The notes beneath the pieces are model-generated. The model was not told the origin of the DNA, made no database searches, and saw nothing but the letters and a program-made list of their open reading frames with translations. Positions 39,144-52,400 of a stretch of 64,000 nucleotides of DNA are shown here, piece after piece. Made by a program: the position numbers and the translations under genes. How positions within the stretch are numbered: position 1 is the stretch's first letter; each line of letters begins with the position of its first letter. Source of the DNA: Mytilus trossulus (taxonomy: Eukaryota); assembly GCF_036588685.1 (NCBI RefSeq), contig NC_086385.1, positions 27,861,216 to 27,925,215 of the forward strand, given 5' to 3'.

Positions 39144-41312
39144 TACTCAAATCTATATTATAATGTTACAAATCAAAAGGAAAAGACAAAATATGTTGTT
39201 TGAAAGCAGAGAAGATATCTTGTATTCATGTGTGCTGTGATTTAGCAAATAAATGTAATATTGTCAAGGTTAAGTAAGATCTATTGGCTTATTTCACTAT
39301 TTGCATGATAAAGAAATATAAAGTACTCCTGCTGACATCTATCGAACAAAATATAGGCTCTCAAAGAGTCAAACATATAACTTAACACATATATAATACG
39401 CATTATAATCTGTGTACATAGTTTTATCCTTTTAAAACAGTGAACGTTAACTAGGCCTGAACACATCAAACTTATATTTACTGGTTTAACAACATTCTTA
39501 TGTCATTCAAGTGTACTAGACATGTCAATAAGCATTTTAAATATGACTATTACTTCGACAATCAGTGCAGCTATAAAACTTTTTAAAGATTTCAAATTGA
39601 TGTGAATTATGAAATGTCAAGAGCATTTGCGTGAATTGAAGGTTAAAGTTTCAATGTTTAAACGGTTGAATATGAACACAAAAGGTCGCACCGCCATTTT
39701 GATATATGCTTAGACTTTTAAGACATATGCAAAGAAAGCGCTATCAAGGCAAAAATAATTTAAAACAAACAAAAGGAAAAACACGGTTACCTTAGCCGTA
39801 TTTGGCACACCATTTTGGTATTTTGGGTCCTCAATGCTCGTCAACTTTGTATTTGTTTGGATTTATAACTTTTTTTAATCTGAGCGTCACTGATGAGTGT
39901 TAAGAAGACGAAACGCGCGTCTGCCGTATTAGATTATAATCCTGGTACCTTTTAAAGATTGAGCAATATTTACGCAACCTTTACAAGCATGAACTCGAGT
40001 GATCTGGAAAAATAAACAGTTCCAAGTTGCATAATAGTTTAATGTTTACGTAGTACAGTATCTTTGTAGTACATGTTGATCTTACTGTTTGAGACATTCT
40101 CAATTTCCATTCTCAACTTTGTTTTTATAATAATACACGAACGAACAAAAAACATACAAAAATCAATAACGATAATATTTATAATAATATGGATTTAACA
40201 AACCAATTGGTTTCTTATTATACATTATATATAACACATTGCAATCACAGTGTTTCATATTTCATTATATTCAATAGATAGAAGCCAAGACCATTTGTTT
40301 TCTGTATTTATAATAATTAATAAATATATGTTTTATGGAATAATTCAACTATGCTTGCCGTTGTTCGAATGCTGATTGTCATCTTCAATAATTAGATGTA
40401 AAGCAAAAATATTACAAAATCCTTGTTCCCTATTAATATTTTAAAAATCCTGCTCAAAACTAATTTATTATCACTAAGTTTCATTAATGTTAATTGTGTT
40501 CGTTCAGGAAATATCTTTTGATTTGATAAGTTCTTATAGGTTCTTACTTTAACCGTTTATATGTAGCATTCCATAAAAATCATATCTAAATTGCATGTAC
40601 CTCTTACTTAAACATCTTGAATCTCATTTAAATTGAGATTATTAATATTAACAATCTGTTAATTGGCAAATAATAATAAAAACAACCAATACATATCTTG
40701 TACGTATACTGTTTTTGTGCATATCAAAATGATTAATCCTACCTGTAATAGGTTGACCTAACAAATTACTTGTATGCAGGTTTTTGATTTTGCAGATAAT
40801 TTTATTAATAAACAAATAACAACAATATGTGGTAGATTACGACCAAGGTCCTCATAAACTGCTTACATTGTGACATTGCTATAAACTGCCAGTATATACT
40901 TATAACGTTATAGGCATGTATATATTTGTGATAATTTACAAGTGAATAAAAATAAGGTTAATCTTTATCGTTCAAACCATAATATATTAGTTTTTGTTAT
41001 ACTACATCGCAACAGTATGCCAATGGTGTGAGAAGTTTTATATGCCTTTTTCAAATTGTTTTTCGTCATACTCCAGCTAGCATTCATACATGGATGTTCG
41101 GTTTAGAATGATCCTTGGTCTTTTAATTGTGAACTGAAAAAATAAACAGAAATATTGATAAAAAAAAATAAAAATAAACAACATCGTGTATGGTTGTATA
41201 CTTTCGGGAAATAACTTATCAAAGAACTAATGAAGGATATCTTTATTTTATTTTGAATTCGACATGATTTAATGACAACATACAGCTCACATGTTATCAT
41301 CAACCTTAAATA

Positions 41313-41315
<3 letters not shown>

Positions 41316-41358
<43 letters not shown>
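41316..41358. repeat. (CT)n microsatellite
   Basis: about 21 TC units. Confidence 0.95.
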
Positions 41359-41361
<3 letters not shown>

Positions 41362-41498
41362 CCATTGGAGATTCTCTCATGTTTCTCACCTCTTTTCCAT
41401 TAAACATTTCTGTACTTTGATACCACGGAGACATCAACACTTCACCTTCATTAATCATATAGTCAGTATTCGTATAAATCTGAAAAAGAACATATATA

Positions 41499-42705
41499 CA
41501 CATGAAAAAAAGTATTGCAACACCTTGATTTTTTTAAAACTTGAAAAATTAACCTCTTTTTTTGGATGAAATATAGTAAAATATTTGTAGAATATTCTTC
41601 AAATATAGTTTATGATAACATTGGCATTTAAACGAACAAAAAATGTTTTAAAAAAAATTATTTATATGACCACAATTTTGATAACAAAATGAAGTGTTTT
41701 TTGTACAAAAAAAATGCATTTTACAACTATTACTGTAGTCGAACATTACAATGTCAGACATTTTAAAATTAATCTTCCGAAGACTGTTCACATCATGAGT
41801 GATCGTTTTACGCCAAAGACTTAGTACTGTGTGCGCAGCCTCCATTCAAACGGATAACCGCATCAAAACGTCTTCTGATTCCTGCCATAAATCGACTAAT
41901 TTGATTCTAAGGTAGCAGCAACCATTTCTGATGAAGGACATTGTTTATTTCATGGTGTGTTTGAACTGTGGTGTCCTTTCGCGCACTTTACGCCCAATAA
42001 TGTCCCATATATGCTCGATATAGTTCAAATCGGGCCAAGAAAGATGAACCGAATTCTATTGATCAATGGATTTTCCTCCACAATGCTAATTTTCAACTTT
42101 GGCGAGCTCTGCACTACATGGGATATGGAAAACTGTGTTTCTGTTCGTAAGAAAAGGTATCAGAAATGGTCTTATCGAACGATAACCAGTAGCGATGAGT
42201 CGATCTCAAACAGTTCTTGTTAAAAGGCTCCTGTATACCCACCTCTCTCTTTTTAGAATTGTATTGTTTGCAATGGATTTCCTTCTGACCAACCTTCATT
42301 ATGCCTAAATTTCCCTAGCAAATGGTATAGTGGAATGGTGATGACCAACAATACATGCAATTGTTACAGCGACATCCCTGCTTCGCTCATGCTGATAATC
42401 TGCCATCTTGCTGCAGTTAAGAGTTGTCGAGGACCCATTACAAGGTGTCAATCACATAACTTCAAAAACTTGGTTATTTAAAGTGTTGAAAACAATGAGG
42501 ATTAAAACACCTGTTTTGCTGTTTACGGGTACAGTAGCTGCATGTGCAAATAATAACTTATCGAGTCGATATTTATTGAGTAAACTCAGGTGATATTTAA
42601 ATAATGTTTAACTAATTCTATTGTACCAAACTATATCACAAAAAAATAAAAAGTGTTTTCTAAATTCTAATTTCAATTTGGTGTTGCAATACTTTTTTCC
42701 AGGTG
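41499..42705 (-). mobile_element. decayed Tc1/mariner element
   Basis: TA-flanked 26-bp TIRs (cacatgaaaaaaagtattgcaacacc / ggtgttgcaatacttttttccaggtg). The minus-strand remnant reads PDLNYIEHIWDIIGRKVRER...KWLLLP*NQISRFMAGIRRRFDAVIRLNGG, i.e. the Tc1 SPDLNPIE motif and C-terminus with a frameshift and a stop. Confidence 0.85.
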
Positions 42706-43400
42706 TATATATACTTGAGATATTACCTGTTTTAGCATGTGTACTTCGAAACTCATTCCAAGATAACATGGCGAACACAATGTATTTATGTGACTTTGAT
42801 TATACAATCTAACATAAAACAGATAGGTTGTAATGTGCAAAGATTTGCAAAGATTTATATTTTATACTTTCATGAATATCAAAATTAAAAATATTAACAA
42901 AAACTGTTGTTGTAGATTTTTAATTAAAACATGTAAAAGACAATTTAAATCATTTTCAAAAATGCAAAACACTCACAAAAATATGCTTCGGAAGTCATGC
43001 TCATGAAACTTCCATATTTTGGGTCCACCCGAACATATATTCCTAAACCACAACTGTTTCGTTTAGCAGCTATAGTTAAAATCTTATCACCAGTTTGGTA
43101 GACACACATGGATATGCCTACAACATCTTTGTTTTTGCCTTAATAGTTTATCAAGTGCATTAGCGATTACACGTATGTTTCCATTAATAATAACTCTTTG
43201 TGAAAACGACTGTATATTTAACTCATTTGACAAATCAAAAAAATATTATGTTAACTATTTATTTCTATGGAAAATAGCATGTTGGTTTGTATTTCATTCA
43301 TTTGTCGCAAATTATATTGACAACATTAATTATGTTGATAGCAATGTGAAGATACTAAGATGTAATTGTATGAAAAATATCGTGGGTGCTTATATATACA

Positions 43401-46400
43401 TCAAATGCAACGTACTTTGTTTGTGCAATCATTTGAAATATCAATCTCCTTCTGGTGTTTGGATTCTTTATCTTGGCTTTTATAAACAGACGCATACATA
43501 TCCATTGGATTATAAAAACTTCCTCTAATACTACTCGGACGAAACTGACTCATATCCTCTACATCGCCACTAAAAAAATGTTTTGTAAATTGTGAAGATC
43601 AAGCTGGAAACATTCATATGATATCATGGTTATATAATATGTTTGTTCTACATTCTACATAATATACATGCTATAGTCATCACTGTAGCCTTAATCAGAA
43701 CATAAGAAGGTTATTCACTGAAGGCAATATTTGTTTTTCTTTTTAAATATCACGGACTTTTAACACGTAGGACATGTAGGAAGAGTAAAAGAAGGAATAA
43801 TAATTTTTCAATAAAAGTCATAGGTGATTTTTTCAAAAGCCAGCTGACTTGTTCCAAACCAATTGCTATCATTTGTATGCATGTTTACATCATAGAACAT
43901 AAAAATACGTACACGGACTCAATGGCCTTTGTCATACTTTTCACTTTTCGTCTCTTTAAATAGTACAGAAAACAAGTAATCATTATTACAATACTAAGGA
44001 CTGTACCGATAGTAGCAGTTATAGCAATTATATACTTAGACTCCAAAGCCAGCTTTTCTGTTTGAATTTCACATTTCGATCCAGAAATGATGAAGTCTCC
44101 AATCTGTGAGCATCTGTGACAATAGAAAAGATATAGTTTGTTAAAATTTCACAAACTTACCTCGTTAGTTCGTTAAATTTGATTACCATCTGCTGCACAT
44201 TGCAACTGCGTAAAATGTGAATACTACAAGGTGCATGCTCGTTTTGGTTTTTAGTTGTAATCTTTCTTTTTTTACAGATACATTTCTATTAAAACATTGC
44301 CCTAACCATTTTGACACATAATTTTAACTTCTTCGTCCTCACTTAAACTGTGCCATAATAAAAGGTTAAAGGAAAACAATGCGATAAAAAATCACACTCT
44401 ACTGAAATAATAAACAACACATGTTCCCCATTAATTCAAAACACATGTAACTAGGGGCGGTTTTAGGCATTGCGGAATTATAGAGGGTGATAAAGGGGGG
44501 TTCTTGCACGAAAAAAAAAACGTAAAATAAAATATAGTTTCACGTTAAACGTGAAATAATTTATGTAATGAACATTGCACGTAAAATAAATACTTTTATG
44601 TGAACCTTTTGTGACTGAGTCACTGTCTCCTTTTATATATTAACTCTTTGTTTACTTGATATTCCCGATTTAGTATACATGTACACATTTATGATATAAT
44701 TATTTTTCGACTTTTAAAAAAAGTATTTATTGACAACCCCTGCCAAGTGTTTGAATTTTATTTGGAAAATACCGAGCCCGCAAAATAAGACTTTGAAAAT
44801 CACGATGCACGTAAAATTAAATACTAGTAAGCAGAACACGTTGAACGAGGCATCCGTTTTGCACGACTGCACGTCAAATAAAAAAGTAAAAACACGTTGA
44901 ATGTGAAATAAAAAACGGCGATCACGTTGCACGAAGATAACCCTTTACCACTTTACAATTTTTATATCTATTCATAACATGTATAAATTTAGGAAAAGAA
45001 ATTCACCGATTGTGCAATGATAATTTATAAGATGGCAGTATACCATGAGTGTATCCTAATTAGTTCTTTAAATTATATTTTCCGTTTTTAAATATTTCTT
45101 TTAAAGATTAAACTTCAGTGTTAGATTCGTAAACTTTTAGAATAAGTGTTAACAAAGGATCGATAAGGTTATCCGGCTCGTATCTAAATATCTGGGCACA
45201 GTAAACAACGTCGTTGTTAATAAAAAAAAAATGTACTATCCTTTCTACAAATACAGTCTAAAACCGTTGCTTTGGTCATCTTATTACATGCACGATTGGT
45301 AAACAACTTGAGAGGTATGTGGTACACAAATCCATAAACCAATGCCTTTTTGTTAAAGATGATATTTAATATATATTTGATTTGTTAATTCTTATTTTGC
45401 GATAATTGATTATTATTTCATTGATGGTTTACATACCGACACAATGCTTGACCTTTGTTGTCAATAAAACAGTGCCCATCATGTTCACATTCAACTCCAT
45501 AGCAGTTTGATATGCACGTATTAGTTTTTAAGTAATACCCAATACCACACAATAATTCATCCCGTTTGTCAGTACTGCTTTGTTTCTTTATTTCTAAAAT
45601 AATATTGATTCATTTATATAACAGATAAAACTAAACGCGAACAAACTATATTGTGTGTTTGCTTTACAGTTTCCATTGTAGTGATTGCAAAAAAGGTATC
45701 ATAGTACAAATCTTTTAACTCTTTTCAAGCAAATGACAATTTTCAGTTTTTAAAAAATCATTACTAATTTGGTATTGAATTGCAAATAAATAATTGAAGT
45801 TAGGAATATTATATAAACTTTGCAATGCTAAATAAAATTGAATCATACTTTATGTTTTGTCATCTAAAGCAGAAATACATTTATTATAAATTAGCAAGAA
45901 CAAAAGAAAATAAAAAGCAAAACAAGGAACACATGCAACTTGAACAGACATACAAATATAGATAACTTTTTTTAAGTGATACCTTGAGTATCATAAATTA
46001 CTTTATGCATTGTGTATATATATCTTACCTGATTCCATTCTACTTTCCGTTACGTTTTCTCCAGTTATAGTAAAATCCTCAAATGTCCCATTGATAAGTA
46101 TTTGTTTTGTCTCTTCAGCTATGTCTAAAAATGTTTGATTACCGAAATCATGGGTGAATGGTTCAACTTTTACTTTGTATCCAACTTCTAAACTGAAAGT
46201 GATATATTTACATTCAAAAACTTCATAGATGATTTAACAACGTTTCGCTATTAACTGAATGCAAAGATAAAGTGAATAAATTGCGAAAACGGCGAAAATG
46301 TTTTAAGTAGATGCAAACACATTAACTACATTGGGATTTTATAAACCAGAAGGTTTTATATGTAATAACATTTCCGTTACCTTATTCTGCACCAGATTCA

Positions 46401-49400
46401 ATTTATAATGAATATATTATAATGTGTGTTCATTTTTTCTTCTGATTGATGTCACATTTTCATTGTTACAATCGCACTTGTTGAATGTTTTCTCCATGTC
46501 CAGTGTATTGCAAATGTAATGATTATGTTGTATATTGCTTTATTCTATGCAAGCATCTGTATCAATATCGGTTAACATATTGGTGTTTAAAACTGCTACA
46601 AGCTGGTTCAAAATATTCGGTAACGACCTCTGCCAATTTATGACAAAGTTCAGACTAATAAATTTTACAAATTGATTTGTCCACACGAATACAGTCGGAA
46701 AATGTCATGCATTTTCATTTGAAAAGCAGCAACAAAAGGCAATTTACTTTACATAAATGATCATTAAATTCATTAAATAATTCTGTAAATTCAAATTAAA
46801 TCAAAAGTTAATATTTCTTGATTGATGCATTTAAAATGGTTTTTTTAAGAAATGCCTATATCTATTCAGATATATGAAAGTTGTTATCCGTTCTATTGAT
46901 GTGTTTGAGCTTTAAATTTTGCCATTTGATTACCCAGTTTCCGTTTTGATTTTTCCACGGAGTTCATTATATTTTTGTGATTCTCTTTTTGTTTATATAA
47001 TTTTTCGAAAATGTAAGTTTATTATTTTCTAAAACTTCGAAGAAATCCTTGATATAACGGAGGGCAAACTTTAATATTTTGTATTTCTGTACTTACGTCG
47101 GATTTGTGTTTCTTTTTCTCCGTTTTACAGGTTTGTCAGGCAGATATCTATTCGCATTAAATACAAAAATCAAAATTAATACATATTTTCATTTTATTAA
47201 ATTCAACAGTATGTTAAGGGTTTTATAATCATTTATAAAACCCTTAACATACTGTTGAAGTAAAAAAACACACGAAAAAACAAAAGATATCTTCTTTTTT
47301 ACTTTTTTAACTATATAGTGTCAGCTTCACTGAAGATTGCGAGCTCTTTATATCTTCATGTGCAGATGGCATATGACATAGTTTAAATGTATGAGTTGAC
47401 GTTGTTTGCTTTCAGTTTTAATAAGTGAGCAATACAACATTGTATTTTAAGCCCCAACGGCATCTATTAGTGATTTTATGATCACAAATACACGTTTACT
47501 GGCGGCTCTAAGACTAGATATGCAACCATTCAACACCCAATTAGTGTCGTTTGAGCCCAAAAATCAATACAGTTATCGCATAACTAGCTGTCACATTCAA
47601 TCAGTACGATTTGATTAACATTTTAACAGTTGATCTATACTAACTAAAATTTATAACTAATAACTAAAAATCAATACAGTTATCGCATAACTAGCTGTCA
47701 CATTCAATCAGTACGATTTGATTAAAATTTTAACATTTGATCTATACTAACTAAAATTTATAACTAATAACTAAAAATCTAAACTAAGCAATATATGGGC
47801 TCGATCATATTTGAGCTGTAAAGGTTTTTATTAATATACATACGTAAATCTGTATATGTTTACGTCTACAAATCCTAATATACTACTATACTGGTTGAAC
47901 AACTACAAAAAAATGGACCACATAAGTTATTTATTATCTGAAGTGTAGGCATATTGTATGTTGGATTGCTGTGGGGAAGCTTTTTTTTCTACTAATTACA
48001 ACTTATCATATAGAAAAAAAACATATAATATCTGGGTATCTTTTTATGAAACGACATAAGTACGTCCACAGCATAAAATATAACACCCAAAAGCCAAATG
48101 AACATAGTTATGCTGTTCTTTATCTCAAAATCAGTGAGTGTTTTCCGTTGATTTTAATGAATGCTGATAATATGTTGGAGCTTCTAATAACATCATCGTC
48201 ATTTGTTGATAGTTTGATCATTGGCAATGATGCCACTACTCACTAGATAAATTTTACAAAAAGTACTCCTCTAAAACTACTAGGCAATATTTTAGCGTGA
48301 AAATGCCATTTTTTGTCTATTACTTTGACAGCTGTTTGAAATAGAGAAAATCTGACAGGGCCTCAAAATGTTTAAAAATAAATTCCGCACAATTTTGTGC
48401 AAATTTAACATAGACTAATATGGACAATCAATGGTGGTATTACGACTATTTAATGATGAAATACATTTTTTCTTCATTTTTACTTATTATCCCTAAACTA
48501 TGATAGATGGAGAAAAAATAAATGCAAAATATATCATCAAGACAAGTTCCACAAATAAGTCAGCATGGTCGAAATAGTAAGTCGGCTCCTCATTAAAGTT
48601 GTTACGCGCGTCTTGTGTACTAAATTATAATATTGGTACCATTGATAACTATTTACACTACTGGGTCGATGCCACTGCTGGTGGACGTTTTTCCCCCAGG
48701 GTGTCACCAGCCCAGTAGTCAACACTTGTTGACATGAATATTAATAATGTGGTAATTTTTATGAATTTCCAGTTTACAAAACTTTATTTCTTTTTTAAAC
48801 TAAGGATTTTCTAATCCCAGGCAATGATTACCTTAGCCGTATTTGGCACAATTTTTTGGAATTTTTGGATCGTCAATGCTCTTAAATTGTGTACTTGTTG
48901 GCTTTATAAATATTTTGATATGAGCGTCACTGATGAGTCTTATGTAAACGAAACGGGCGGCTAGCGTATAATCCTAGTACCTTTGATAATTAGTTTGATG
49001 ACGATGTTTATTAATCACATGTACATGTACGCACAAAGACCAACATGACCAATGTGAACGAGACAGACCCGTTACTCCTTGTATATATATTTTGAGACAA
49101 TGCATGTTGTTTCATATGTATAAAATAAATGTTGTGACACTGATTTAACTCTACTTAATGATAAATATCAGCTTACCGGAGGAGTAAGTTTAATTTTCAT
49201 CGTTATGAAATCGCTTGATGTAGAATCATTTAGCGATCCTGGAAAAGTCCCTTGCAAGAATATATTAATTTCCACCTCTACTTGTACACCTTAAAATAAT
49301 AAATGGACGATTACTTTAAAACTGCTCTCTTTTTTACGACGTGTATTGCAGTAAATTTACACAATCCAATGCATACTAGTAAGCAGCTGCATATAAACAT

Positions 49401-52400
49401 GTAAAGAAAAAAAGGTTAAAAAAAACACTCCCGGTTAATTGTGTGTGTGTTACATAAATTATGATTCCAATTATAAGACAAACGGAAAATCATAGAAATC
49501 GTTTCATTGCGTGTACAGTATTATCATCATAGGATAATGGACTAATCTTGTAACTTCAAAGCTTCATAATTTAGAATGGAATTTATATCGTTCTTATGTA
49601 AGTTAACATTTGCAAACCGAAATTATAAAAAAGTCCATTGTAAGAATAATACACTTACTTGTATCTGGGGGTTTAGTAGATGGTTCGGGATCAGTTGTTG
49701 TCGGTATAACTGGTGATGTAGGAAAAGTAGGCTTAACAGTTGTTGCAGTTTTGGACGGTGCTGTGTGGGTAATAGAGGAAGTAGATAGAGATATTCCTAC
49801 TGATGTACCATCATTTGTTACAGATTCCGTAGTCGAATAATTTACAGATGATGTGCCTGTAGAAGTTACTGGTGTAACAGATGCCGTTAGTGTTGGTGCT
49901 ACAGCGGATGACGTTGTATGTGTTTGAGGTGACGTACTCGTATGTGTTTCTAACGATGTACCATCATTTGTAATATATTCCGTAGTCTTAAAAGTTACAG
50001 ATGATGTGTCTGTGGAAGTTACTGGTGTGACAGATGCCGTTAATGTTGGTGTTACAGAGGATGACGTTGTATGTGTTTTATGTGACGTAGTCGTATGTGT
50101 TTCTAACGATGTACCATCATTTGTAACAGATTCCGTAGTCGAATTATTTACAGATGATGTGCCTGTAGAAGTTACTGGTGTAACAGATGCCGTTAATGTT
50201 GGTGTTACAGCGGATGACGTTGTATGTGTTTTATGTGACGTAGTCGTATGTGTTTCTAACGATGTTCCATCATTTGTAACATATTTCGTAGTCGAGTAAG
50301 TTACTGGTGTAACAGATGCCGTTAATGTTGGTGCTACAGCGGATGACGTTGTATGTGTTTTATGTGACGTAGTCGTATGTGTTTCTAACGATGTACCATC
50401 ATTTGTAACAGATTCCGTAGTCGAATAATTTACAGATGATGTGCCTGTAGAAGTTACTGGTGTAACAGATGCCGTTAGTGTTGGTGTTACAGCGGATGAC
50501 GTTGTATGTGTTTGAGGTGACGTAGTCGTATGTGTTTCTAACGATGTACCATCATTTGTAATATATTCCGTAGTCTTAAAAGTTACAGATGATGTGTCTG
50601 TGGAAGTTACTGGTGTGACAGATGCCGTTAATGTTGGTGTTATAGCGGATGACGTTGTATGTGTTTTATGTGACGTAGTCGTATGTGTTTCTAACGATGT
50701 ACCATCATTTGTAACAGATTCCGTTGTCGAATAATTTACAGATGATGTGCCTGTAGAAGTTACTGATGTGACAGATGCCGTTAATGTTGATATAACAGAG
50801 GATGATGTTGTATGTGTTTTCGGTGACGTAGTCGTATGTGTTTCTAACGATGTTCCATCATTTGTAACAGATTTCGTAGTCGAGTAAGTTACTGGTGTAA
50901 CAGATGCCGTTAATGTTGGTGCTACAGCGGATGACGTTGTATGTGTTTTCGGTGACATAGTCGTATGTGTTTCTAACGATGTACAATCATTTGTAACAGA
51001 TTCCGTAGTCGAATAATTAACAGATGATGTGCCTGTAGAAGTTACTGGTGTAACAGATGCCGTTAATGTTGGTGTTACAGCAGATGTCTTTGTATGTGTT
51101 TTAGGTGACGTAGTCGTATGTGTTTCTAACGATGTACCAGCATTTGTTACAAATTCCGTAGTCGAATAAGTTACAGATGAAGTGTCTGAATGAGTTACTG
51201 GTATAACAGATGCCGTTAATGTTGGTGTTACAGCGGATGACGTTGTACGTGTTTTCGGTGACGTAGTCGTATGTGTTTCTAACGATGTTCCATCATTTGT
51301 AACATATTTCGTAGTCGAGTAAGTTACTGGTGTAACAGATGCCGTTAATGTTGGTGCTACAGCGGATGACGTTGTTTGTGTTTTAGGTGACGTAGTCGTA
51401 TGTGTTTCTAACGATGTACCATCATTTGTAACAGATTCCGTAGTCGAATAAGTTACAGATGATGTGCCTGTAAAAGTTACTGGTGTGACAGATGCTGTTA
51501 ATGTTGGTGTTACAGCGGATGACGTTGTATGTGTTTTAGGTGACGTAGTCGTATGTGTTTCTAACGATGTACCATCATTTGTAACAGATTCCGTAGTCGA
51601 ATTAGTTACAGATGATGTGTCTGTAGAAGTTACTGGTGTGACAGATGCTGTTAATGTTGGTGTAACAGCGGATGACGTTGTATGTGTTTTATGTGACATA
51701 GTCGTATGTGTTTCTAACGATATACCATCATTTGTAACATATTTCGTAGTCGAGTAAGTAACTGGTGTAACAGATTCTGTTAATGTTGGTGTTACAGCGG
51801 ATGACGTTGTATGTGATGTACCTTCATTTGTAACAGAAGACGTAGTTGTCGGTGTTTCTAATGATGTGCCTTCATTTGTAACAGAAGACGTTGTTGTCGG
51901 TGTTTTTAATGATGTAACGTCATGTGTAATAGAAGACGTAGTTGTCGGTGTTTTTAATGATGTAACGTCATGTGTAATAGAAGACGTAGTTGTCGGTGTT
52001 TCTAATGATGTGCCTTCATTTGTAACAGAAGACGTAGTTGTCGGTGTTTCTAATGATGTAACTTCATGTGTAATAGAAGACGTAGTTGTCGGTGTTTCTA
52101 ATGATGTAACTTCATTTGTAACAGAAGACGTAGTTGTCGGTGCTTCTAATGATGTTACTTCATGTGTAATAGAAGACGTAGTTGTCGGTGTTTTTAATGA
52201 TGTAACAACATGTGTTATAGAAGACGTAGTTGTCGGTGTTTCTAATGATGTAACGTCATGTGTAATAGAAGACATAGTTGTCGGTGTTTCTAATGATATA
52301 CCTTCATTTGTAACAGAAGACGTAGTTGTCGGTGTTTCTAATGATGTAACTTCATTTGTAACAGAAGACGTAGTTGTCGGTGCTTCTAATGATGTTACTT

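Noticed and set aside
41291-41569. ORFs with SL and RE repeats
   Set aside because: Translations of the (CT)n microsatellite
42977-43138. Open exon-like segment after the mucin tail exon
   Set aside because: Needs a phase 1 donor, which I could not find; the mucin C-terminus is left uncertain
44482-44952. Possible MITE with cacg/cgtg motifs
   Set aside because: Terminal repeats too degenerate and no TSD identified
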